NCBI GenBank assembly: GCA_014879535.1
Contig: JACSRX010000029.1
Span: 17,902 to 81,901, forward strand
Direction: 5' to 3'
DNA length: 64,000 bases
Origin: Chthoniobacterales bacterium
GTDB lineage: Bacteria > Verrucomicrobiota > Verrucomicrobiia > Chthoniobacterales > JACTMZ01
A model generated the notes under the pieces. The model was not told the origin of the DNA, made no database searches, and saw only the letters and a program-made list of their open reading frames with translations. Position numbers and translations under genes: made by a program. Below, in pieces: positions 25,632 to 34,622 of this stretch. Every line of letters begins with the position of its first letter. The first letter of the stretch is position 1.

Positions 25632-26489
25632 CTACGCTACCGCACGCGCACGCTGCAACGCCAGCACCCGACGCAACGCTCTTCTAATCCAAAAGAGACG
25701 TCCCGCCTTCTTGCCGCCCTTTAGAATCTCCACCGCCGAAATCCTGTTCAATTCTTTCCATTCCTCAAGGGTCTTCACGCCATTTCTTTTGGCAGTCAGT
25801 GGAGTAAACTTCTCGAAGTCCTCCTGTGTTTTGAGGATGCAGTGGGGCGAGCGGGGGTCATCCATGTGCTCGGCGAGAAGAAGCGGCAGCAACCAGCCGT
25901 TGATCCAACCGTCCCACGCCAGTCGCACGCAATATTGCGGGAACGTGTCGTCCGGAGACAGCACCCCATTTTGCTGCACGCAGGCACGCTTCATGAGATA
26001 CGCAGAACCCGCCATCCAAGGGTTTTCCAAAATCTTCACGCCCCCAAAACGTGAAATCTTCTTACGGGCCGCCCCTTCATCATAGTCGGTCTCTGGATGC
26101 ACCCAGCAGCCCAAAACTCCGAACTGACGATACCTCTCGTGGGCAACACGAAGGGTCTCCAACCACTCGCGGGGCACAAGTGTGTCGTCATCCACTTTAC
26201 CGACGTAGGGCGCATCGGATTCGCTCCACAACCAGTTGGTGGGCTCCCTGAGCTTGGCATTGTGCGTTGAGCGGTGGACACGATGAAGCCTCGGATGTCC
26301 AATGTGCTTATCGATGATCTCCGTGACCTGTTGGTATGCCTCGTTCTGCCAAACCCACACCCGCAAGGTCTCGTCCCCGCTCTCCAACAAAGCAGGCAAG
26401 GCCAATTCCAAGTATTCCGGGCGATTGTGCGCGATCATCAGAACATCGCAGAGGCTGCCTTCTTTTTTGGTCTTCGGGCAATGCTTCAT
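25632..26489 (-). CDS. GT2-like glycosyltransferase
   Basis: Start at the internal ATG 26489; the upstream extension overlaps the GT8 gene and looks non-coding. VLMIAHNRPEYLELALPALLES and a VGKVDDDTLV (DXD-type) motif. Confidence 0.6.
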   Translation of the reverse strand: MKHCPKTKKEGSLCDVLMIAHNRPEYLELALPALLESGDETLRVWVWQNEAYQQVTEIIDKHIGHPRLHRVHRSTHNAKLREPTNWLWSESDAPYVGKVDDDTLVPREWLETLRVAHERYRQFGVLGCWVHPETDYDEGAARKKISRFGGVKILENPWMAGSAYLMKRACVQQNGVLSPDDTFPQYCVRLAWDGWINGWLLPLLLAEHMDDPRSPHCILKTQEDFEKFTPLTAKRNGVKTLEEWKELNRISAVEILKGGKKAGRLFWIRRALRRVLALQRARAVA

Positions 26490-26509
26490 AACGACACGAT
26501 ATCTATCGA

Positions 26510-27454
26510 TCACGCTTTGTGCCCCAGCACACGCTTGCGGAAGAGGCGTACAAGTCTGATGCAGTGCTCCTTGACGATGGCAGGACTTGCAACGGGGAGA
26601 ACGCACTGCCGCACAAAGGCTTGGGCACGACGAGGCGGATTGGCCATGTGAGGGGCAAATCCGCTGCGCTCGAAGAAGTCCCACCAGATTTCCTCCAACC
26701 CGCGGTAGTGGCACTCGCGGAATGTTGTGACCTCGCGGTTGTTGGTCCAAGGCTTCACACCCACAAAATGCATCGTCTTGATCCGGTCCATCCGATCCGC
26801 AATCCAACGACGGCCAAGAAAGTCCTGGTAGCGTTTCGCAAAATTCCATTCCGAGCCGAGCAGATGGACAGCAACGCCGCGCTCACGGACCCAGAGATTG
26901 AACACATCCTGATCGCCCTTGTGCGTGCGCTCGTGGTGACGGAGACGGTAAACTTCCTGCAACTCCGCGAAAATCCGGGCACTGGGCTCAAAAACAAAAA
27001 GTCCCGTGTTGTATTCGAACTCGGGGTCGGCCAGCGGGTCGGTCGGCAAATCGGCCTCCATCATCGGCATGTCCGGAGCCGCGGTCAGGGCAGGAAAGCC
27101 CCCGAGCCCGCAGAGCGACCCAAGGCAGACGACATCCGAGTCGATGAAGATGCATTTGCCCCAATCCTCCGGCAACGCGAATACCCCGAGCTTTTGCAGG
27201 GCGTTTTCCATCCGTGCCCCTTGGTTCTGGGCGGAGAGCAATTCGATTTTCGGTAGATCGGAGAGCGGGAAAATGGAGATTCTCTCGGCGCGGCTGTCCA
27301 ACCAAGTCCTTGGCGCCAGCGTCTCATCGCAGATCGCGACCAATTCGAAGCCTCCCTCGCCCAGCCCGGCGTTCTCGGTCAAGCTCTGCACGAGCGCCGC
27401 GAACCCGGGCCAGAACTCGGGGGTGACGATGGTGACAAAACGGACGGGAGGCAT
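26510..27454 (-). CDS. GT8-family (glycogenin/LPS glycosyltransferase-like) glycosyltransferase
   Basis: Start at ATG 27454. FVTIVTPEFWPGFAALVQSL, CIFIDSDVVCLGSL (DXD) and HKGDQDVFNLW motifs. Confidence 0.7.
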   Translation of the reverse strand: MPPVRFVTIVTPEFWPGFAALVQSLTENAGLGEGGFELVAICDETLAPRTWLDSRAERISIFPLSDLPKIELLSAQNQGARMENALQKLGVFALPEDWGKCIFIDSDVVCLGSLCGLGGFPALTAAPDMPMMEADLPTDPLADPEFEYNTGLFVFEPSARIFAELQEVYRLRHHERTHKGDQDVFNLWVRERGVAVHLLGSEWNFAKRYQDFLGRRWIADRMDRIKTMHFVGVKPWTNNREVTTFRECHYRGLEEIWWDFFERSGFAPHMANPPRRAQAFVRQCVLPVASPAIVKEHCIRLVRLFRKRVLGHKA

Positions 27455-27479
27455 GGAGCGGAGGGTGCGAGGAATCGCT

Positions 27480-27514
27480 ACTGAAAACCGCCAACTGAAC
27501 AATGAACACTTTCC
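27480..27514. repeat. Imperfect heptanucleotide module (5 x 7 nt), TTCAGT family in opposite orientation
   Basis: ACTGAAA ACCGCCA ACTGAAC AATGAAC ACTTTCC. It nearly fills the spacer between the SDR stop (27516) and the GT8 start (27454). Confidence 0.85.
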
Positions 27515-27515
27515 T

Positions 27516-28346
27516 TCACCACGCCGTGCGTCCGCCTTCCATCGGGATGACGGCCCCGGTCATGTAGGCGGATGCCTCCGAGCAGAGGAAGGCGACGACG
27601 GCCCGGTATTCCTCGCGCCGTGCCATGCGGCCCAAAGGAATCAGGGACGTCAACCTTGCCACGAATGCCGGATCCTGATTGTTCTCCACGCCCCCCGGAC
27701 ACAGGGCATTGCAGCGCACACCATCCGCCGCCCAGTAAGTGGCGAGGTATCGTGTCAGACCCACCAGGCCCGCTTTGACCACGGAGTAGGTCACCGGCTT
27801 TACCGGCTGATTTTCCGGGGCGAGACCGTCCTGCCGGTAAATCCTCTGGTCGGGGCCGATGAGAGCGAGATCGGAGGCGATGTTCAGGATCACGCCGCCA
27901 CGGTGCGCCGCCATGTCGGCCCCGAAGATGCGGCTGCAAAGAAAAGCTCCGGTGAGCCCAACGGCGACATCCAAGTTCCAGGCATCGACGGGAAAATTTT
28001 CCAGCCGTGACCATGGCTTGTCGGCACGCCCTTCGACCTTCGGATTGTTCGCCGCATTGTTGACGAGGATCGAAACGGGGTCACCAATTTTCTGCTTGGC
28101 CCGCTGGACGGCGCGCTCATCGGTGATGTCGCAGACCGCGGTGAGTGCTCGGACGCCGGTGGCGGCATGAATTTCCTCCGCCGCGTCCCGTAGCGCGGAC
28201 TCATGAATGTCCAGCAACACCGGCGTTGCCCCGCATCCCGCCAAGGCGATGGCATGCTCGCGCCCCAGCAGCCCCGATCCGCCGGTGACAACTGCGAGCT
28301 TGCCCGATAGATCGAACTTGGATGTGAGGTCGTCGGAGAGGTTCAT
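27516..28346 (-). CDS. Short-chain dehydrogenase/reductase (classical SDR)
   Basis: KLAVVTGGSGLLG cofactor motif and YSVVKAGL (YxxxK). Confidence 0.8.
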   Translation of the reverse strand: MNLSDDLTSKFDLSGKLAVVTGGSGLLGREHAIALAGCGATPVLLDIHESALRDAAEEIHAATGVRALTAVCDITDERAVQRAKQKIGDPVSILVNNAANNPKVEGRADKPWSRLENFPVDAWNLDVAVGLTGAFLCSRIFGADMAAHRGGVILNIASDLALIGPDQRIYRQDGLAPENQPVKPVTYSVVKAGLVGLTRYLATYWAADGVRCNALCPGGVENNQDPAFVARLTSLIPLGRMARREEYRAVVAFLCSEASAYMTGAVIPMEGGRTAW

Positions 28347-28359
28347 TCGAACAAATTAC

Positions 28360-28947
28360 TCAGGAGACCACCAGCAACGCATCTTCCACCACCTCGAGAA
28401 TGGCATGCCCCGCCGTGATGTGGACTTCTTGGATGCGACCTGTTTCATCCGAGGGGACCACCAAGGCCTCGTCGCAAAATGGCAGCGCCGGACCGCCACC
28501 GCATCCGAGAAAGCCGACCGTCCGGATGTCCATCGCCCGCGCCCTCTCGAAGGCTTTGATGACATTCGGGGACTTTCCCGAGGTGGTGATTCCAAGCACC
28601 ACGTCGCCCGGCCTTCCAAGCCCCTCGACCATCCGGGCGTAAAACTCCCCGTAGGAATAGTCATTGCCACACGCCGTCATGCTTGAGGAATCCAGAGCCA
28701 GCGCCAGCGCGGGAATGGGCGGCCGGTTGACATGAGGACGCAGGCGGACCAGCAGCTCCGCTGCCAAGTGCTGTGCATCCGCCGCCGATCCCCCGTTGCC
28801 GCAGAAGAGGATCTTGCCGCCACCCCTCAGGGACGCCGCCAGCATCCCGGCGATACGGACCATGGCCGGGAGACATTCATTGAGCGCGGCCCGCTTGGTT
28901 TCAATTGAGCGCTCGAAGAGCCCTCCGATGTGCTGTTCTGCTGTCAT
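28360..28947 (-). CDS. SIS-domain sugar-phosphate isomerase (GmhA/KdsD-like)
   Basis: Start at the internal ATG 28947. GGKILFCGNGGSAADAQHLAAELLVR and GDVVLGITTSGKSPNVI are GmhA-type SIS motifs. Confidence 0.8.
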   Translation of the reverse strand: MTAEQHIGGLFERSIETKRAALNECLPAMVRIAGMLAASLRGGGKILFCGNGGSAADAQHLAAELLVRLRPHVNRPPIPALALALDSSSMTACGNDYSYGEFYARMVEGLGRPGDVVLGITTSGKSPNVIKAFERARAMDIRTVGFLGCGGGPALPFCDEALVVPSDETGRIQEVHITAGHAILEVVEDALLVVS

Positions 28948-28950
28948 GGG

Positions 28951-28977
28951 TTTCAGTGGTTCAGTGGTGTCAGTTGG
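28951..28977. repeat. TTCAGTGG tandem module (period 8)
   Basis: T TTCAGTGG TTCAGTGG TGTCAGTTGG. It starts 4 nt upstream of the SIS-isomerase start codon (28947). Confidence 0.85.
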
Positions 28978-29081
28978 CTTTGCTTCGCTGCAGCCTGTTG
29001 GCCGTGGGGCTATCTGCGGCTCGCTCCTCCGCTCGGCACAGTTTTCAGCGGATTCGAAGGGGTTGGGCGCGCTCCCGGCAC

Positions 29082-29102
29082 CTTGCTCCATGCTCTGCGC
29101 TT
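29082..29102. repeat. Heptanucleotide module (3 x 7 nt)
   Basis: CTTGCTC CATGCTC TGCGCTT. It ends 2 nt before the SDR stop codon (29104-29106). Confidence 0.65.
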
Positions 29103-29103
29103 T

Positions 29104-29859
29104 TCACAAGTGGCTCCTTACCTGCCCGCCATCGGCGACGAGGACCGTGCCTGTGATGAAGGACGCCTTGTCCGAGGCGAGAAACAGCACGGCATCCGCA
29201 ATCTCTTCGGGGCGTCCGAAGCGCCCCATGGCGACCTCCCGTTTCAGCATGGACTCCACGCCGGAGGGATCATTCCGGCGCTTCTCATCCCATGCCCCCT
29301 GCGGAACCAGGATATTGCCCGGAGCCACGGCATTGATGCGGATGTTTCGTGCTGCAAGCGGGCGGCACATGCCGGAAACGTAGGCATTGAGCGCAGCCTT
29401 GGCGGCCGAGTAGGCAACCGGCGCCCCCAGGGTTTCGACGCCGCAGATCGAGGAAACGCAAACGATGCTCCCCCCATCCGCGGGAAACATGGGAAGGCAT
29501 GCTGTCACGAGATTCGCTGCCGAAAGCAGGTTCACCGAAAGCATGTGATTCCATTCCTCCGGAGTCTCGCTGCCGGGAGGGACCGAGCGTCCGCTACCCA
29601 CGTTGCAGACAAGGATGTCGAGGCGCCCCCACGCGGCCCTGATGGCACCCGCCACATCCTCCGCACCGCCCGCGGTGGACACATCGGCGGAAACCGGCAG
29701 CGCCGCGAGTTCACCGGCCGCTGCGGCAACGCGGTCCTTGTCCCGGCCATTGACCGCAACCCTGGCGCCTTCACCCGAGAAACCCCGTGCGACGGCCAGC
29801 CCGATGCCCGCCGTGGAGCCCGAGACCAACACGCATTTCCCGGAAAATGAATTGCTCAT
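29104..29859 (-). CDS. Short-chain dehydrogenase/reductase (classical SDR)
   Basis: GKCVLVSGSTAGIGLAVA (TGxxxGIG) and YSAAKAALNAY (YxxxK). 4-nt overlap with the upstream gene. Confidence 0.8.
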   Translation of the reverse strand: MSNSFSGKCVLVSGSTAGIGLAVARGFSGEGARVAVNGRDKDRVAAAAGELAALPVSADVSTAGGAEDVAGAIRAAWGRLDILVCNVGSGRSVPPGSETPEEWNHMLSVNLLSAANLVTACLPMFPADGGSIVCVSSICGVETLGAPVAYSAAKAALNAYVSGMCRPLAARNIRINAVAPGNILVPQGAWDEKRRNDPSGVESMLKREVAMGRFGRPEEIADAVLFLASDKASFITGTVLVADGGQVRSHL

Positions 29860-30701
29860 GAGTTCTCCACTTCCGCCGATTTCCAGGCAGTTTCGACAAA
29901 ATCACGGTAGCGCGCCAGCGCTTCCACATGTCCACCATCCGCGGCACGCGCTGTCTGGAGGATCATGCTGCCCGTGTAGTTCCGCCTTTTCACGGCCCGG
30001 AAACAGCCGGTGAAATCGCAATCCCCCTCGCCCAGCGGCACGGTGGTCCCGCCGACCGCGCGATCCTTGATATGCACGTTGAGGATGCGACGTCCGTAGA
30101 GTTCCCACTCGGTTTCGGGTTCGAACCCCAAAGATGCGCTGTTGCCGGTGTCGTAGTTGACGCCGAAGACATCCTCCGGATAGCCCGCGATCCAGGAAGC
30201 AACCTCTTCGGGAGGAAGGTCGGTCTCAAAGGCGATCTTCACGCTCAGATCCCGCAGTGCCGCGGCACGACCGGTCAGATGCTCGCGGAGCGCCTTCTCC
30301 TGATCCATGGTCGCAACGCTTCCGTTGTCAACCAGCGGCACGACGACAATGCCGATCTGCATGGCTGAGCAGGCGTGCAGGATCGAGTCCAGTTCGTCGA
30401 GCAGAAGCGCCCGCTCCGCAGGATCCTCGACCTTCCAGAACGGCGCCTGCATGAAGCAGTCGCCGGTCAGTGACGGGATGGAGACACCGTGGGCGGCGCA
30501 GAGCATCCGGATTTCCGTTCGTCCCGCAGGCGTCATCAGCGGATTGTCCTTCAGGCCTTCGTGGTCGAGCGTCCATTCCATGCAGTGGAGGCCCAGTTTC
30601 TGCGCAGCGGGAAACTCACCTCTCCAATGCGCTGCAGGAAATGCCTGGATTTTGCCGCTCACCTGCGGGCTCAATCGCCCCTGCATGAATCCCAGAGTCA
30701 T
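29856..30701 (-). CDS. Xylose-isomerase-like TIM-barrel sugar(-phosphate) isomerase/epimerase
   Basis: 281 aa. The pattern LGLHCMEW...IPSLTGDCF...IGIVVVPLVDNGS...KIAFETDL...GVNYDTGN is typical of the AP-endonuclease-2/UlaE-like TIM barrels. Confidence 0.65.
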   Translation of the reverse strand: MTLGFMQGRLSPQVSGKIQAFPAAHWRGEFPAAQKLGLHCMEWTLDHEGLKDNPLMTPAGRTEIRMLCAAHGVSIPSLTGDCFMQAPFWKVEDPAERALLLDELDSILHACSAMQIGIVVVPLVDNGSVATMDQEKALREHLTGRAAALRDLSVKIAFETDLPPEEVASWIAGYPEDVFGVNYDTGNSASLGFEPETEWELYGRRILNVHIKDRAVGGTTVPLGEGDCDFTGCFRAVKRRNYTGSMILQTARAADGGHVEALARYRDFVETAWKSAEVENS

Positions 30702-31336
30702 GCGCGCCGGATGCCCAAGGCCAGCCTTTGGACCCTCACAATGCCGGGTGCGATCTCGAACGGCTCGGACTTGGTGTAGCGATCCTCCAGAAACCGGATG
30801 TCGAACCCCTGCGATTCAACAGCCGCGGCGAATTCGTCCTGCGTGAATTGGCGGATCCGGTAAGGCGCCGAAGCCCCGGGCTTTTGCAGCCATTGGTCGA
30901 GCGCCGTCCCATCGATGAAACTCCGCGCCAGAAAAATGCGGTTTGTGCTGGCGAGCAACCTCGCCACCGCCAGAAACGGATCGTTCAAGTGCTCCAGTGT
31001 GGCTGAAACAATCGTGATGTCGGCCTGCGGTGGTGGTGATTGTTCCACATCGAGTGTGCTCACCGAATCCTTCAGCTCGGGAAAATACCGGCAAGCAATC
31101 TCCAGATATGCCGGTTCGATGTCGAAACCACGGTAGCTTACCGGAAGATTCCGGCGCTTGAGGCTCTTGTAAAACTGCCCTGCACAGCACCCAATGTCAT
31201 TGAGCGTGCAGGACATTCCGGCCTCGAGCTGCCCGGAGATGATGTCGAGGAATTGTTCGCACCACGTGAGATATTCACCCTCGATCCTCCTTGAAACCGT
31301 CTCCAAGTATGCGTCGTTCTGTGTCGCTTGGAACAT
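30698..31336 (-). CDS. Class I SAM-dependent methyltransferase
   Basis: Motif I-like LNDIGCCAGQF and post-I FDIEPAYLEIA. 4-nt overlap with the downstream gene. Confidence 0.65.
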   Translation of the reverse strand: MFQATQNDAYLETVSRRIEGEYLTWCEQFLDIISGQLEAGMSCTLNDIGCCAGQFYKSLKRRNLPVSYRGFDIEPAYLEIACRYFPELKDSVSTLDVEQSPPPQADITIVSATLEHLNDPFLAVARLLASTNRIFLARSFIDGTALDQWLQKPGASAPYRIRQFTQDEFAAAVESQGFDIRFLEDRYTKSEPFEIAPGIVRVQRLALGIRRA

Positions 31337-31348
31337 GGGCGGTGAAGG

Positions 31349-32029
31349 TCAGGCTGCGGCCGGCTTCAAGCCGGTGCCGAGGATCATCAACTCGACCGAC
31401 CAGCGGACAAAGGAGGACTTTGGACGGTATTCCGGTCTCACCAGGCAGCGAAGCAGCCGCGACACGACCTTCAGGGATGGGTGCCTCCATAGAACCGGAA
31501 GTTGGTGGAACAATTCGGCTTGGACATCCTGAAACCCGCAGATCACCAGCAAATCATGCAGGCCGACCTGGGTGTAGGGGCGGCGATGCGTGTGGTCGTC
31601 GAAATAAATGCCCATCTGCGAGATCCAATCGGGCACAAGCGCAATGAGCCGCCCCCCCGGCCTCAGCACGCGCAGGGTTTCGTCCATCAAGGGCTCGGGA
31701 TCATCCAAATGCTCCAGCAGGGACTTGTGGAAGACGACGTCAAAGGATCCGTCCGGAAACGGCAGCCGGTCGCTCCCCGCACAGCAGGGATGCACGTCCA
31801 AGTCCGCACAACTCTGCAAAGCCGACGGACTCTGATCCACCCCCGAGACCTTCAAACCCAGCCGCGCGAACGCGCGCAAGAAGTCTCCGCGACCGAAGCC
31901 GACATCCAAGAAGCTCTGCCCCGGCTTCATGCCGAAACGACCGGCCAAATGGGACGCCAACTGGTCCGGATACTGCGTGACCGGCCGTGTGGTGGTGTCG
32001 TAGATGACGGAAACGTAGTCCTTTTTCAT
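31349..32029 (-). CDS. Class I SAM-dependent methyltransferase
   Basis: Start at ATG 32029, directly after the upstream stop. SFLDVGFGRGDFLRAFARLGLKVSGVD (motif I) and LRPGGRLIALVPD. Confidence 0.75.
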   Translation of the reverse strand: MKKDYVSVIYDTTTRPVTQYPDQLASHLAGRFGMKPGQSFLDVGFGRGDFLRAFARLGLKVSGVDQSPSALQSCADLDVHPCCAGSDRLPFPDGSFDVVFHKSLLEHLDDPEPLMDETLRVLRPGGRLIALVPDWISQMGIYFDDHTHRRPYTQVGLHDLLVICGFQDVQAELFHQLPVLWRHPSLKVVSRLLRCLVRPEYRPKSSFVRWSVELMILGTGLKPAAA

Positions 32030-32466
32030 TCGGCGGAAGGTTCGACCAGTTCTATCAGATTGCCCTCGGGATCGCGGCAAAAGGCGACGAAGGCGAGACC
32101 GTCAGGGGATTTCCGGGGCTCGGAGAGAAATGGCGTGCCGCCGGCGGAGAGGCTCTCATGAAGCGTGTTGAGGTCGTCCACCGTGAGCGCAAAATGGGTG
32201 ACGCCGGTGCGGAACAATGAAGGCATTTCCGCTTCCCCGGGTTTCGGTGCCTCGAAGTGCAGCAATTCCAGCAACGTCGGCCCCTCTTCGGCGGCCAGTT
32301 TCACCGTCGTGACCCTGGTGCCGGGCGCGGCAAGGACCGCATCCAAAAAGGCCCCGCTTTCCTCCATGCGCCGGGAAACCGAGAGCCCGAGTTTGCCGCA
32401 ATAGAACTCCAAAGCCCGGTCAAGATCCTTCACCACGATCCCGAAATGGCGCAGGCATCGGGTCAT
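32026..32466 (-). CDS. VOC-superfamily (glyoxalase/dioxygenase/epimerase-fold) protein
   Basis: 146 aa. LRHFGIVVKDLDRALEFY...GVTHFALTVDDLN...DPEGNLIELVE is the paired beta-alpha-beta-beta-beta VOC pattern. Confidence 0.75.
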   Translation of the reverse strand: MTRCLRHFGIVVKDLDRALEFYCGKLGLSVSRRMEESGAFLDAVLAAPGTRVTTVKLAAEEGPTLLELLHFEAPKPGEAEMPSLFRTGVTHFALTVDDLNTLHESLSAGGTPFLSEPRKSPDGLAFVAFCRDPEGNLIELVEPSAE

Positions 32467-33845
32467 GACCTTGCAATCTCATCGCGCACAACCTCGCGCA
32501 GAACCTGGAGCCCCTCGGAAAGGGCGTCCGGCTCGATGCAAAGCGGCGGGGCGATCTTGATGGATTCGCGCCCTGTGTGGACGAGAAGCAACCCGCGACG
32601 CATCGCCTCCTCGCAGATGCGGTCGCAAAGCCCCGACAGCGGGCGTCCCTCGGGATCGTTGAAAATCAGGGCGGCGAGCAAACCCCGCCCGAGCACATGG
32701 GCAAGGTGGGAGGGATGATCCCGTTGGATGTCGCGCAGCCCCCCGTGCAACCGGGTTCCGAGTTCCTCGACGCGTGAGAGCATCCCGCCATCGAGAAGAA
32801 CATTCAAATTTGCCAATCCGGCAGCACAGACGAGCGGATTCGCCGAATGGGTCGAACTCATCGAGCCGATGTCGGGAAGGTCCATGATTTCCCTGCCGCC
32901 GAGCACGAGGGCCAAAGGCACGCCGGAAGCCGCCCCTTTTCCGCAACAAAGCAGATCCGGTTCCACGCCATAGTGCATGTATCCGAACAGGCGCCCGGTC
33001 CTGCCGAAGCCCGCCTGCATCTCGTCAAACGCGAGCAACAGGTCATGCTTGCGGCAAAACCGCTCGACGGCCTGGACGAAGACCTCAGGATAGAACACGG
33101 CACCCCACCCTTGGAACGTCTCCATCATGACCCCGCAAAGATCCGTGGAGGGATCGAGCCCGTTCTCCGCACAAAGCACGGCCATGGAGCGCTCGAAATA
33201 CCCTGCGGGGTCGCTCATGGCCTCCTCGCGCCACGGATACGGGAAAGGAAGATGAAAAATGTTGGGATCGAGAAAGCCGATCCATTCCTTCTGGGCCGGA
33301 TTCCAACTCAGCATCTGGGCCCCCATCGTCCGCCCATGCCAGTTCCCCTCGAAGCAAAGGATTCCCGGGCGCTTCTTGCCGGCCTTCGCGGCCTGCAACC
33401 GCATCAGTTTCAGGGCGCACTCGGTCGCCTCGGTTCCCGCAGAAAGAAGGAAAGCCTTCTCGAACTGGGCCGGAGTGACCGTGACAAGCCGCTCGATATA
33501 ATCCGCCCGTTCCTTGGTCGCATAGGTGTAGGAATGCAGCAGCGGTTTGCGGAGCACCGCCTGCAGGCTGTCGATGATCTCCGCATTCCCATGTCCGGCG
33601 TTCGTGACGAAGATCGTCGAGGTGAAATCGATCCATGTGTTGCCCCAAGCATCGTGCACCTGGAAGCCCTCGGCGCGGTCCCACACCACGGGCAGTTGCC
33701 CGTGCATGGAGCGGGACTCGCAATCGTAGAGCTTCTGCAGGATCGGCAACGATTCTGGAACCGGTAATGCCGTCTGGATGGTCCGGTAGCGGGTTCGCAC
33801 CGCCGGAACTTCAACTGGAGTGTGGGAAAATCCGTGTCCTGCCAT
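32463..33845 (-). CDS. Class III PLP-dependent aminotransferase
   Basis: Start at ATG 33845. FVTNAGHGNAEI, SAGTEATECALKL, FDEMQAGFGRTG and the PLP-lysine context LLCCGKGAASG. Confidence 0.8.
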   Translation of the reverse strand: MAGHGFSHTPVEVPAVRTRYRTIQTALPVPESLPILQKLYDCESRSMHGQLPVVWDRAEGFQVHDAWGNTWIDFTSTIFVTNAGHGNAEIIDSLQAVLRKPLLHSYTYATKERADYIERLVTVTPAQFEKAFLLSAGTEATECALKLMRLQAAKAGKKRPGILCFEGNWHGRTMGAQMLSWNPAQKEWIGFLDPNIFHLPFPYPWREEAMSDPAGYFERSMAVLCAENGLDPSTDLCGVMMETFQGWGAVFYPEVFVQAVERFCRKHDLLLAFDEMQAGFGRTGRLFGYMHYGVEPDLLCCGKGAASGVPLALVLGGREIMDLPDIGSMSSTHSANPLVCAAGLANLNVLLDGGMLSRVEELGTRLHGGLRDIQRDHPSHLAHVLGRGLLAALIFNDPEGRPLSGLCDRICEEAMRRGLLLVHTGRESIKIAPPLCIEPDALSEGLQVLREVVRDEIARS

Positions 33846-33850
33846 GATGT

Positions 33851-34603
33851 TCAGACTTTGGAGGCTGATTCCGCAACCATCCCGACCAAGGGATGAGTCT
33901 GACGGCCCAATTGCCATTCAAGAAAGGCAAAATCCTCGAAGGAATCAATTTCTGCGCTGATCTCGGTGATGAAAGGCAGCATGTCCACCCCGTAGAGTTG
34001 TCCCGCGGACAGCACGAATCCGCTTCGGCAGATGTCCACATAGCCGTTGGGTTGGTAGGCGGCGGGAAAGGATTGCCTCGGGAGGTTGAAATACTCGGGC
34101 CGGGGGTCGTCAGGGAAAAATCCCGTGAACCTGTTGTCCACGATCTGCAGCATCTTGTGCGGAGACTCGTTGAGGAGGTGGGCCGAGCGCAACGACGACG
34201 CGGCCTCGTCAGCCACCAGCGCCTGGATCGCCTCCTCCAGCTTCCCCGGATGACGCAATGGCGTGGTGGGACGCAGCTGGACCACAAGACCCGGTCGCCA
34301 TCCCTCCTCCGATTCGAGCCATTCCAAGGCGTGCCGGACGTAGGCGAGATCAGGCGCGGTGTCCGTGGCGAGCTCTTCCGGCCTGAGGAAGGGGGTCTCT
34401 GCCCCATAGTGTCTCCCGATCCTGGCGAGCTCCGGGCTGTCCGTGCTCACGATGACACGGGTGATCGCGGGGCATTTTTTGCCGGCGACCACCGCATAGG
34501 CGATCAAGGGATGGCCCGCAAGAAGATGAACATTCTTGCCGGGAACGCCCTTCGAACCCGCCCTCGCAGGAACTATCGCCAAAACGTCGGTATTAGCCAT
34601 CAA
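33851..34603 (-). CDS. NeuA/KdsB-type cytidylyltransferase (CMP-sugar acid synthetase family), copy 1
   Basis: N-terminal LAIVPARAGSKGVPGKNVHLLAGHPLIAY is the acylneuraminate cytidylyltransferase P-loop-like motif. Confidence 0.8.
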   Translation of the reverse strand: MMANTDVLAIVPARAGSKGVPGKNVHLLAGHPLIAYAVVAGKKCPAITRVIVSTDSPELARIGRHYGAETPFLRPEELATDTAPDLAYVRHALEWLESEEGWRPGLVVQLRPTTPLRHPGKLEEAIQALVADEAASSLRSAHLLNESPHKMLQIVDNRFTGFFPDDPRPEYFNLPRQSFPAAYQPNGYVDICRSGFVLSAGQLYGVDMLPFITEISAEIDSFEDFAFLEWQLGRQTHPLVGMVAESASKV

Positions 34604-34622
34604 TCCTCACTCCGGACTCCGT

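Noticed and set aside
16740-29102. Whether the short periodic repeats could be a CRISPR array or REP/MITE elements
   Set aside because: The units are 7 nt with no unique spacers and no cas genes. The modules differ in sequence from one another and lack terminal inverted repeats or target-site duplications. They are reported as an unexplained repeat class instead.
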